The position numbers and the translations under genes are program-made. Shown here piece after piece: positions 28,591-36,282 of a DNA stretch of 64,000 nucleotides (the stretch's first letter is position 1; every line of letters begins with the position of its first letter). The notes beneath the pieces were generated by a model, which saw nothing but the letters and a program-made list of their open reading frames with translations, was not told the origin of the DNA and searched no databases. Origin of the DNA: a virus (taxonomy: Duplodnaviria; Caudoviricetes); the IMG/VR virus record IMGVR_UViG_3300044694_000083, positions 1 through 64,000 of that record. One strand, written 5' to 3'.

Positions 28591-29070
28591 ATGAGAATTC
28601 TTTTCTCCCCATCGACCGGTTCTTTCTATCCATCGGAAGTTGATTACGGCAGCGACCTTCCTGCCGATATTCACGAGGTCTCGAAAGCCGATTTCGAAGC
28701 TGCGATCGCCGCGAGAGGGCATGGTTTTTCTGTCACATTCAAGGATGGAGAGCTGGTCTTCGTGCCGCCTGAGGAGGTTTCATTCTCCGGGCAGTTTGAC
28801 GCGCTCATGGGATCCATTCGCGTCAAGCGCGACGTGGTCCTGAACCGCCTCGCTGGGATCGGTATGGCGGCCCTGGTTAGCGGCGACAAGAACACCGCGA
28901 AGGCGACCGCGACCGCGCGCCAGGAGCTGCTCGATATCACCAAAGCGCCCGAGGTTGTGGCTGCGACCGACGTCGACGGCCTGAAGGCGGCCGTGCTCGC
29001 GGTGTACCAAGGCATCGTGGCGAGCGCTCCGGCTGAGGTCCAGGGTGCGTTTGTGCCGCTGGATGTCTGA
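28591..29070 (+). CDS. Tail fibre assembly chaperone
   Basis: FSPSTGSFY...LPAD..EV; RQELLDIT. Confidence 0.7.
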   Translation: MRILFSPSTGSFYPSEVDYGSDLPADIHEVSKADFEAAIAARGHGFSVTFKDGELVFVPPEEVSFSGQFDALMGSIRVKRDVVLNRLAGIGMAALVSGDKNTAKATATARQELLDITKAPEVVAATDVDGLKAAVLAVYQGIVASAPAEVQGAFVPLDV

Positions 29071-29119
29071 CGCGCGTCGTCTTCAATTTCAACCATAATA
29101 CGAAAGGCTGGGCCGATGT

Positions 29120-29524
29120 GTGTCTTTTGCTGAAAACCTTGCATTCCTGGCACAGGCGCTGACCGCTGACTCGTCGAAGAACCTGACCGCCGCAAATTCT
29201 CCGCCTGTCGATGACAATTCGAAGCTGTTGGCGACAACAGCCTCCGTGCTGGCGCAGTGGACGGCCGCCGGGAAGCAACAGATGGCGACCAACGGCTACC
29301 AGAAATTTCCCGGTGGCCTAACCCTTCAGTGGGGACTGTCCCAGGCAACGCCGGCGGGTAGTGCGGTGTCATTTCCGATCGCGTTCTCGAACAACTGCTT
29401 CGTGGTGATCACGGGTCCGGCATCGGTCAACAACACAACTGCCGCGCAGACGCCGACAAAGACCGGTTTCACGTTCTACGCGAGCAACACCTCTCTGCAC
29501 TGGTGGGCGGCCATCGGTAACTGA
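29120..29524 (+). CDS. Short second tail-fibre tip protein
   Basis: NGYQKFPGGLTLQWG...FPIAF...AIGN, paralogous to the 27068 tip. Confidence 0.7.
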   Translation: MSFAENLAFLAQALTADSSKNLTAANSPPVDDNSKLLATTASVLAQWTAAGKQQMATNGYQKFPGGLTLQWGLSQATPAGSAVSFPIAFSNNCFVVITGPASVNNTTAAQTPTKTGFTFYASNTSLHWWAAIGN

Positions 29525-29542
29525 CCGCGTCGGGCGCCAGGT

Positions 29543-29558
29543 GTCGTGACTGTACGAT
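29543..29558 (+). promoter_or_regulatory. Phage promoter motif for the lysis cassette
   Basis: GTCGTGAC TG TACGAT. Confidence 0.7.
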
Positions 29559-29599
29559 TCCTAACGTCAACACTTCAGCCATCATTCAAGGCGCCCGAC

Positions 29600-29875
29600 A
29601 TGGCAAATCCTCAGCCCGACAATCGGGTCCGCTTCGACCGAACGGTCAACCTCGGCCACATCCTGACCTTCATTGGCTTCCTGATCACCGCCGGCGTCGG
29701 CTGGAGCACGATGGACCGCCGCGTGTCGGTGCTTGAGGACCGGGTCTCCATGCAGCGCGAGCGCGACACGATGCAGGATAACGCCAACAAGGACAAGTTC
29801 CAGGAAGTACGCGAGAGCCTTCAGGACCTGAAGCGCAGCGTCGAAAAGGTCGCCGACAAGGTCGGCGCCAAGTAA
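29600..29875 (+). CDS. Single-TM coiled-coil lysis-associated protein
   Basis: One hydrophobic helix then coiled coil; first gene of the lysis cassette. Confidence 0.6.
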   Translation: MANPQPDNRVRFDRTVNLGHILTFIGFLITAGVGWSTMDRRVSVLEDRVSMQRERDTMQDNANKDKFQEVRESLQDLKRSVEKVADKVGAK

Positions 29876-29907
29876 TGCGAAATTCACCCCGTTTCCCGGA
29901 GATCACG

Positions 29908-30177
29908 ATGGACAAAATGCGAATGTTTCAATGGGTTCTGATTTCGGCTGTCCTCTATACCTGTGCGTCGCTGCTGGCGATCTCGCAGGCCCTGCCGCAA
30001 ATGCAGATCGTGCTGTGGAAGATGGGCCACATCACCCTGGCGGCCTTCGCCGGCTACTGGATCGATCGCCGCGCCTTCCCACTGGCGCGCATCGACCTGG
30101 CCAGCAGCCCGGTCGAGCACGTGCGCCGCGCCATTATCATCGGCGCCGCCATGCTCGCGATCGCCATGGGGCTGTAA
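29908..30177 (+). CDS. Holin (3 TM)
   Basis: GGAG RBS; three hydrophobic segments; GYWIDRRAFP..RRAIIIGA. Confidence 0.8.
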   Translation: MDKMRMFQWVLISAVLYTCASLLAISQALPQMQIVLWKMGHITLAAFAGYWIDRRAFPLARIDLASSPVEHVRRAIIIGAAMLAIAMGL

Positions 30178-30761
30178 TGCTCCGGCTGCTGGCCGTCCTC
30201 GTGCTCATTGCGTCGCCGGCGCTCGCCGGGCCGCCGGAGGCTGCCGCGAGGTTCCGCCCGACGCTCACTCGTGAGGCTCAGGCAGTGTACGGCTTGAATG
30301 CGCCGGTCGCGATGTTCGCCGGCCAGATCACGCAGGAGAGCAACTGGCGCCCGGGCGTCACGGCCTGGGACAACGGGCGCGGCTTGGCGCAGTTCATGGA
30401 CGGCACCGCGGCGCAGATCGTCCGCTCGTATCCGGAGCTCGGCGCGCCTGATCCGTATAACCCGACCTGGGCGATGCGGGCCCTGGTGCGCTTCGACAGC
30501 TGGCTGTACGAGCGCGTCAAGGGCGACACGCCGTGCGAGCGCTGGGCTGCCGCGCTGAAGGGCTACAACGCCGGCCTGGGCTACGTGCAGCGGGCGCAGA
30601 AGCAATCGGCGAAGCCCGGAAAATGGTTCGACAGCACCGAGCACATCAACGCCGGGCAGTCGGCCAAGAACTTCGAGTACAGCCGGCTCTATCCGCGCTG
30701 GATCCTGCTCACGCACCAACCGGTCTTTGCGTCATGGGGGACGACGATATGCCTCAACTGA
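30177..30761 (+). CDS. Endolysin, SLT lytic transglycosylase with signal peptide
   Basis: TAATG overlap; QESNW..GLAQFM..YNAGLG; MLRLLAVLVLIASPALA leader. Confidence 0.85.
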   Translation: MLRLLAVLVLIASPALAGPPEAAARFRPTLTREAQAVYGLNAPVAMFAGQITQESNWRPGVTAWDNGRGLAQFMDGTAAQIVRSYPELGAPDPYNPTWAMRALVRFDSWLYERVKGDTPCERWAAALKGYNAGLGYVQRAQKQSAKPGKWFDSTEHINAGQSAKNFEYSRLYPRWILLTHQPVFASWGTTICLN

Positions 30762-31294
30762 ACCCGTGGGCCCTGCTGGGCGCCCTGATGCTGGCAATCG
30801 CGATCGCGGCCGGCGGCTACTACGAGGGATGGGAGATGCGCGGCGATCACGAGGCGGCCGTGGCGCTGAAGGTCAAGGAGAGAGCAGACAAGGCGCTGGC
30901 CGATGAGCGCGCGCGCGGCGAGCGGCTGGCAGCCGATCTCGAGGAAGAGAAGCGCAACGTTAAAACGGTCACCGTCGAGGTGGTCAAGGAAGTTCCGAAA
31001 GTCACAACCGTCTATGTCGAGGTGCCCGGTGAAGCTCCGAAAGCGATTCCTCCTGCTGTTATTACCTGGGGCGCTGTGCGCCTGTACAACCGTGCCCTCC
31101 GTCCCGATCTGCCCGGCTCCGCCCGCGAGTTTGCTTATCCGCCCGGAGGAACCGACGTTACTCGTGCCCCGGTCGACACCCCAGACATCCTCTCCGTCCA
31201 CGCCGAAAACGGCGGCAAGTACGCTGAGTGCCGCGCGCAGCTGAACAAGCTGATCGACTTCGAGCTCGGGCGCGGCACGACGGGAGTGAAGTAG
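30749..31294 (+). CDS. i-spanin (Rz-like)
   Basis: N-terminal TM plus coiled coil, after the endolysin. Confidence 0.75.
   Translation: MPQLNPWALLGALMLAIAIAAGGYYEGWEMRGDHEAAVALKVKERADKALADERARGERLAADLEEEKRNVKTVTVEVVKEVPKVTTVYVEVPGEAPKAIPPAVITWGAVRLYNRALRPDLPGSAREFAYPPGGTDVTRAPVDTPDILSVHAENGGKYAECRAQLNKLIDFELGRGTTGVK
31029..31244 (+). CDS. o-spanin (Rz1-like), embedded lipoprotein
   Basis: GAGGTG RBS, GTG start, KLRKRFLLLLLPGALCAC lipobox-like signal, Pro-rich mature part. Confidence 0.7.
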   Translation: MKLRKRFLLLLLPGALCACTTVPSVPICPAPPASLLIRPEEPTLLVPRSTPQTSSPSTPKTAASTLSAARS

Positions 31295-31410
31295 AGTAGG
31301 GTCTGAAAGATGGCGGCGAAGACGCGCATCGATATCACACTGCGCTTCTGCCGGCGGTGCAATGTGCTGCTGGACGAGGATGGAGCGCACCCGCCGCGCG
31401 GGTGCATGGG

Positions 31411-31638
31411 TCAGTAGCGGCGAGTCCTGCGCTCGTGCAGGCCCTGGCATTCCGTGCACAGGGTCTTGCCCATCTGGCGACGCAGCGCGGGCAGCGGCTC
31501 GCCGCAATCCTCGTTTGCGCAGAATTCCGGCCCGTAGCCCTTGTCGCCTGGCTTGAATTCCGCCGGCGCCTGGCGGCTGGCATTGATCAGGCTCCAGAGG
31601 AACACTTCCTCGTCCTGCGCGCGGTCTTCTTGGCTCAT
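31411..31638 (-). CDS. TraR/DksA-family C4 zinc-finger protein
   Basis: MSQEDRAQ...CANEDCGEPLP..RR...LCTECQ. Confidence 0.75.
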   Translation of the reverse strand: MSQEDRAQDEEVFLWSLINASRQAPAEFKPGDKGYGPEFCANEDCGEPLPALRRQMGKTLCTECQGLHERRTRRY

Positions 31639-31799
31639 CGTGTCTGTGCGTTCCATCCTGGTCTGAATTGCCCGTCCAGCACCCACTTGCTGACGGGGCC
31701 CTGCCGAAGGTAGTTCACTGCGCTCTCCCAGCGCTGCTGCAGTGCCGGGTTCTGCGGGAATAGTTCCTTGGCGCGCTCTTGCGTATTCAGACTGTACAT
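31635..31799 (-). CDS. Hypothetical 54-aa protein (absent from the ORF track)
   Basis: GAGGAG RBS; MYSLNTQERAKELFPQNP...; stop overlaps the TraR-like start (ATGA). Confidence 0.6.
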   Translation of the reverse strand: MYSLNTQERAKELFPQNPALQQRWESAVNYLRQGPVSKWVLDGQFRPGWNAQTR

Positions 31800-31871
31800 T
31801 CACGACTCCTCAAAATATTGGCTGCTGGAAAACAATACAATATTACTCGGATTTGATGAATTGAACAAATA

Positions 31872-31896
31872 GAAAAGGGCAGGGGAACCTGCCCTT
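31872..31896 (-). terminator. Terminator after integrase
   Basis: AAGGGCAGG/CCTGCCCTT stem with T-run on the minus strand. Confidence 0.7.
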
Positions 31897-31913
31897 GTTG
31901 CATCTCACGCAGT

Positions 31914-33164
31914 TCACGATGCGACGTGCTGCTCGATCCAGTCTGCCCACTTCGTCATGGCCTCGCGCATCTGGGGGCCATAGTCGCTCCGGTCGTAGTT
32001 CTTTGAGCCGGTATCGTTCTTGGCGTGTTGCTGGATCAGGTCGCGCGTGAATCGGTCGACGCCGGCGTCGTGCGCGCGGCTCTTCCAGGTCCGGCGCAGG
32101 TCGCGCGCCTGGAACGGCACCATGGACACGTCCGGCCGCGCCAGCCAGCGCCTGATGGCCTGGTTGATGCTCCGGTACGCCGTCTTGTCACCCTGGCTGC
32201 CGCTGCGTGCCGGGAACAGCGGGCCTTCGCCGTGCTTGGCGATCAGGTCCTTCAGCACCGGGATCGCCTGGCGCGGCAGCGGGATCGAGTGCGGCCGTTT
32301 GATCTTCGATTTCTCGGGCGGCATGTCCCAGCTGCAGGCCGCCAGGTTGATCTCGGCGCCGTCGATGCGCAGCGTCTCCTGCACGCGTTGTCCGCAGCAG
32401 ATGATCAGTCGGATGGCCGCTGCGACCTCTTGCGAGAACCCCTCCTGGCCGAGCTCCGTTGCACGCCAGAGTTGTTTCAGCTCGGCGGCTGAGAGGTTCC
32501 GGTCTCGTGTCTTGATGGCGCCGGTGTCCTTCGCCACGTCGGCCGCCGGGTTGCGCACCAGGCCCCAGTCCTGGCGCTCCTTGGCGGTGTAGTCGTGCGC
32601 CGACTTCATGCCCCATGCGAACGCCGAGGCGATGTAGCTGCGCGCCTTGTCGGCCGCGCCGCGGTGGCCGGCGTCGTAGAACCGCGACACGAAGTTCACC
32701 ACGTCGGCCGGCGTGACGTCGGCGGCCGGCTTATCGCGGCCGAGCGCGTCGGCGGCGTTGTTCTTGGCCAGCAGCAGGGCTCGCTCGACCTCGTCGGCGC
32801 TGATGCGGCCCTTCTGTCGCATGTGCGCAACGTAACCCTGAAACATGCGGCTGACAGTCGCCTTCGAGGCCGGCGCCGCAGTCGGTCGGAGCTCGGCGGC
32901 CGGGTCCTGTCCCTCCGCCACCTGGGCGAAGATTTTGCGCGCCTGGTCGCGCGCGCGGTCCGGCGCCAGGTCGGAGCAGCGGGCGATCGTCATCTTGCGC
33001 TGGGTGCGCGCTGCGTCGCGGGTCCGGTACCTCACTACGTAGGTTTTGCGGCCGCTGGCTTGGATCCGGATGCCGAATCCCTCCAACTCGCTGTCCCAGA
33101 TCCACGCGTCGCCGGCCGCCGGTGGCTTCACGTTATCCACAACCGTCTTCGTTAGTTTGGGCAT
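31914..33164 (-). CDS. int: Tyrosine integrase, P4-like with N-terminal arm-binding domain
   Basis: WDSELEGFGIR..SGRKT; GQR..E; K; RDLRRT; QQH; Y; adjacent to att site. Confidence 0.92.
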   Translation of the reverse strand: MPKLTKTVVDNVKPPAAGDAWIWDSELEGFGIRIQASGRKTYVVRYRTRDAARTQRKMTIARCSDLAPDRARDQARKIFAQVAEGQDPAAELRPTAAPASKATVSRMFQGYVAHMRQKGRISADEVERALLLAKNNAADALGRDKPAADVTPADVVNFVSRFYDAGHRGAADKARSYIASAFAWGMKSAHDYTAKERQDWGLVRNPAADVAKDTGAIKTRDRNLSAAELKQLWRATELGQEGFSQEVAAAIRLIICCGQRVQETLRIDGAEINLAACSWDMPPEKSKIKRPHSIPLPRQAIPVLKDLIAKHGEGPLFPARSGSQGDKTAYRSINQAIRRWLARPDVSMVPFQARDLRRTWKSRAHDAGVDRFTRDLIQQHAKNDTGSKNYDRSDYGPQMREAMTKWADWIEQHVAS

Positions 33165-33233
33165 TCTCACTCTCACTGTCGACGAACACCCGCCGGCCAG
33201 GGCCAATCAGGTATTCAGTTGCTGGCCGGATTT

Positions 33234-33654
33234 TCGGGCGCAGGTCGGGCGCAAAAATCCGGTGTCGCCAGTGATTTTGGGGGATTGACTGGGAGGCCGT
33301 CTCGCGACTAAGTAGCTGAAATCGCGTTGAGAAGAGACGTTCCGTGATTCCCCGTGAAAGTGGTCAAGCTAGACTACGAATCTGGGGGTCAGGAGTTCGA
33401 ATCTCTTCGGGCGCGCCACTTTTCCCTTCCAAAATCACTGCACTGCCAAGGCCTTACACAAGGCCTTGGCGCTGTCAATCGGGCCCGCACCCGGGCGCGG
33501 CAGTCCTCTCGGGCGCAGGTCGGGCGCAAGATCCAGCGGGAACACAGGGGAAAGCGGGGGATCCAGCGTGAAGGCCCGGGATGGCTGGTCTGGCGCCGGC
33601 GCCCGATTCGGGCGGCAGGTTGGGCCCGGATTTGCGCCCGAAATCTGCGCCCGA
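33234..33654. repeat. Putative integrase arm-type sites (TCGGGCGCA repeats)
   Basis: Identical 21-mer TCGGGCGCAGGTCGGGCGCAA at 33234-33254 and 33509-33529; inverted 9-mers at 33633-33641 and 33646-33654. Confidence 0.7.
33371..33418 (+). mobile_element. attP core: 3' half of tRNA-Arg(ACG)
   Basis: Anticodon loop CTACGAA, T-arm AGGAG-TTCGAAT-CTCTT, CGGGCGC-G-CCA; no 5' acceptor strand or D-arm upstream. Confidence 0.88.
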
Positions 33655-33659
33655 AACTG

Positions 33660-34751
33660 CTATAGGACGATCGTAACCCGCTCGGCCGCGCGCGTGATCC
33701 CGGTATACAGGTGCTTGATCCGGTTCTCGCGGAACACGCCGCTTTCATCGAACAACATTACGTTGTCCCACTGTGAACCTTGGCTCTTATGCACAGTGAG
33801 TGCATAGCCGTAGCAGAGCTCGTCAGCATACTTCCGCTGGTGCCACTGGAGGTCCTTCTCGGTGCCGAGAAAGAACTCATGCGGCACGGATAACTCGCCC
33901 GGATCGGCCATGCCGTCGATCGACTTCACGGTCATGCTGACGCGGTCCGACTGCACAGTTACAGCGTCAGCAGTCCACAACGAGCCGTTGAGCAGCCCCT
34001 TCTCGCGATTGTTCTTGAGGCACACCAGGCGGTCGCCCTGGACCGGCATGCTGCTGTCGATTCCCTTCAGCTGGCGGATGCGCTGGTTCATGGCCTGGCG
34101 GGTGTTATTCATCCCGCACAGCACCTGGTCGGCAGCCAGCACTTCCCTGGCGCCGAGGCCCTGCCGGCGGATGATCTTGCTGTCGCCGTACTGGCCAATC
34201 TGCAGGCGCCGGCCTTCGCGCACGTCGATCGAGAGCCTGATGATCGGGTTGTCGGCGGCTTGGCGGTGGATGTCCGTCAGCATGAAGTCCGGCTCGGCGC
34301 TGGTGAAGAAGCCATCGCCCTTGACCGGCGGCAGCTGGGCCGGGTCGCCCAGCACCAGGATCTTTGTCCCGAAGCTGAGCAGGTCCTGGCCCAGCTCCTC
34401 GTCGACCATCGAGCATTCGTCGATGATCACCAGCTTGGCGAAGCGGACCGGGCTGTCCGGGTTGAGGGTGAACGTCGGGTCGGCGCCATCTTCGTCCTCC
34501 TCGACCTTGTAGATCAGGCTGTGGATCGTGCTGGCCTCGCCGCAGCCCTTCTTTCTGAGCACGAGGGCCGCTTTCCCGGTAAATGCGGCGAACAGCACCG
34601 GCCCGTCGATGCCCTCGGCGATGTGCTTGGCCAGGGTAGTCTTGCCGGTGCCTGCGAACCCGAAGAGACGGAAAACCTGCGGGCCGCGGCGGCTGCGCGC
34701 CCATTTATCTACGGCCGCCAGTGCGGCGGCCTGCTGTGGTGACCAGTCCAT
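33660..34751 (-). CDS. RecD/Dda-like SF1B helicase
   Basis: GFAGTGKTT, DECSMV, GDPAQLPPV, YALTVHKSQGS, LYTGITRA. Confidence 0.9.
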   Translation of the reverse strand: MDWSPQQAAALAAVDKWARSRRGPQVFRLFGFAGTGKTTLAKHIAEGIDGPVLFAAFTGKAALVLRKKGCGEASTIHSLIYKVEEDEDGADPTFTLNPDSPVRFAKLVIIDECSMVDEELGQDLLSFGTKILVLGDPAQLPPVKGDGFFTSAEPDFMLTDIHRQAADNPIIRLSIDVREGRRLQIGQYGDSKIIRRQGLGAREVLAADQVLCGMNNTRQAMNQRIRQLKGIDSSMPVQGDRLVCLKNNREKGLLNGSLWTADAVTVQSDRVSMTVKSIDGMADPGELSVPHEFFLGTEKDLQWHQRKYADELCYGYALTVHKSQGSQWDNVMLFDESGVFRENRIKHLYTGITRAAERVTIVL

Positions 34752-34766
34752 ATATCCTTTCTGCTG

Positions 34767-35033
34767 TCACGCCGCGGCGGGCGCATTCGGCGGGAGTGAA
34801 GCGCGCTCCTCGGCCGTCAGGTAGTGGCGGTAGATCCGCGGCAGGTCGGCCGGCTTGCGCCACTCGAAACAGGGCCGGCCGTTGCTGTAGATGCGCGCGC
34901 CGGCGCCCGGGCCGAACGTGCAGACCTGTGGAATGCGGATCTGCAGGCCGTGTTTCTTTGTAACGCGCCGGTCGCCGGTCTTCGGCTTCGGGCGCGCCGG
35001 CGTGCTGGTGATGACGATGCGGGTTACAGGCAT
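34767..35033 (-). CDS. Hypothetical protein
   Basis: GGAGG RBS; overlaps the upstream gene in an operon. Confidence 0.6.
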   Translation of the reverse strand: MPVTRIVITSTPARPKPKTGDRRVTKKHGLQIRIPQVCTFGPGAGARIYSNGRPCFEWRKPADLPRIYRHYLTAEERASLPPNAPAAA

Positions 35034-35551
35034 GGTGCCTCCCAGCGCTCGACACGCTCGACCTTGCGCACCGTCCGGACCGTGCGGCGCTGGTGATGGC
35101 CGCAGTAGGCGCACTTGCGAGCGTTGGCGTTGATGGCGACCCATTCGTGCACGCTCTCGCCGTGGATGATGCAGCGGCCGCGCACCAGGTACTCGCGCCA
35201 GAACCAGTCTGTGACGTCGAGCCAGTTCGCCGTCTCAAAGTTCGGCCCGTAGGCGAAGTCCTGCAGGCTGGCGCCGGGCCTGGTCACCTCGAGCAGGCGC
35301 TTGCCGTGGAACCAGCCGCCTTCGATGGCGCCGCCTATCATCAGGCTTCCAATCTGCTGCCTGTCACCGGCCTTCAGGCCTTCGAGGTTGGGCTGGATGG
35401 CGCCCGTGATCTGGTTCCACGCCGAGATGTAGACGCGCTCGCGGCCTCGCTTCAGCGCGCGCTGGTAGAGGCGCCAGCTGAACTTGTCGGACTGGCCGTT
35501 GATGGCTGGCCGGATGCTGGCGGCAAATTCCTTGGTGGCGGCGGTCGCCAT
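35024..35551 (-). CDS. Hypothetical protein with C-terminal C/H-CxxC motif
   Basis: Operon context. Confidence 0.6.
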   Translation of the reverse strand: MATAATKEFAASIRPAINGQSDKFSWRLYQRALKRGRERVYISAWNQITGAIQPNLEGLKAGDRQQIGSLMIGGAIEGGWFHGKRLLEVTRPGASLQDFAYGPNFETANWLDVTDWFWREYLVRGRCIIHGESVHEWVAINANARKCAYCGHHQRRTVRTVRKVERVERWEAPCL

Positions 35552-35552
35552 G

Positions 35553-35948
35553 TCAGTACGCCTTGCCGCCGTCGGCAGCGCGGTTCTCGGGCTTATGATC
35601 CGCGCGCTGGGCGTTGAAGGCCAACTTCTCGGCGATGGCGCCGGCCAGGTCCAGGCCATAGCCGCCGGCCAGGTCGAAGATGCGGATTGCGGCGTCGGCG
35701 AGCTCGACCTCGCGCATCGGGCGATGCGGCAGCTTGTCGTCCATCAAGTTCTTGCGGTCGCCTTCCATCGCCTCGCTGATCTCGGAGTGGATCAGGCACA
35801 GCTTGTTGGAGAAGTGCAGCGGGTTGGCCTTGCTGGTGTTCGGGTCGGCATCATTCCACCAGCCGGCCGCGCGCGCGGCGCCGTGGCAGATTTCGGTGAG
35901 TTCGGCAGCGGTGAAGCGGGCGCGCTTTTGTTCGTAGTTGAGGTCCAT
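35553..35948 (-). CDS. MazG-like NTP pyrophosphohydrolase
   Basis: LIHSEISEAMEG.RK...EVELADAAIRIFD. Confidence 0.8.
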   Translation of the reverse strand: MDLNYEQKRARFTAAELTEICHGAARAAGWWNDADPNTSKANPLHFSNKLCLIHSEISEAMEGDRKNLMDDKLPHRPMREVELADAAIRIFDLAGGYGLDLAGAIAEKLAFNAQRADHKPENRAADGGKAY

Positions 35949-35987
35949 AATTGTCTTAGAAAGAAGGCGGGGTTTCCCCCGCCGTTT

Positions 35988-36230
35988 TTATTTCCGGTAC
36001 TCGCTTGTGGAGTTGACGGTGTTCTTCGCCTCCCACTCGATCAGCTTGTCCTCTGGGTAAAGAACGCGGCCGCCGAACCTGCTGAAGGCTGGGCCGCTGC
36101 CCATATATCGCCAATTTGCAAGTGTCCGGACCGATATCCGGCCCTCGTACCTGGCCGCCACTTGAGCCGGTGTCAGGTACGAGGTCTTGTTGCGTGCTGC
36201 TACTGCTTGAACTGCTACTGCCTGTTGCAT
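35988..36230 (-). CDS. Excisionase-like HTH protein
   Basis: YLTP.QVA.R...TLANWR..G.GP.F...GGRVLY. Confidence 0.8.
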   Translation of the reverse strand: MQQAVAVQAVAARNKTSYLTPAQVAARYEGRISVRTLANWRYMGSGPAFSRFGGRVLYPEDKLIEWEAKNTVNSTSEYRK

Positions 36231-36282
36231 GGAACTGCCGGGTGCCCCCTAATTGGTGCTGCTAATTTGTTGCTGTTGGTAC

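Noticed and set aside
27068-29524. Diversity-generating retroelement or invertible tail-fibre shufflon
   Set aside because: No reverse transcriptase or invertase seen; the two tip regions are in the same orientation and differ at many non-adenine positions.
9738-29524. Tailocin or extracellular contractile injection system
   Set aside because: Head-tail adaptor, terminase, integrase and replication genes indicate a complete phage.
33340-33418. Complete tRNA-Arg gene
   Set aside because: No 5' acceptor strand (GCGCCCG) or D-arm upstream; only the 3' half is present, consistent with an att core.
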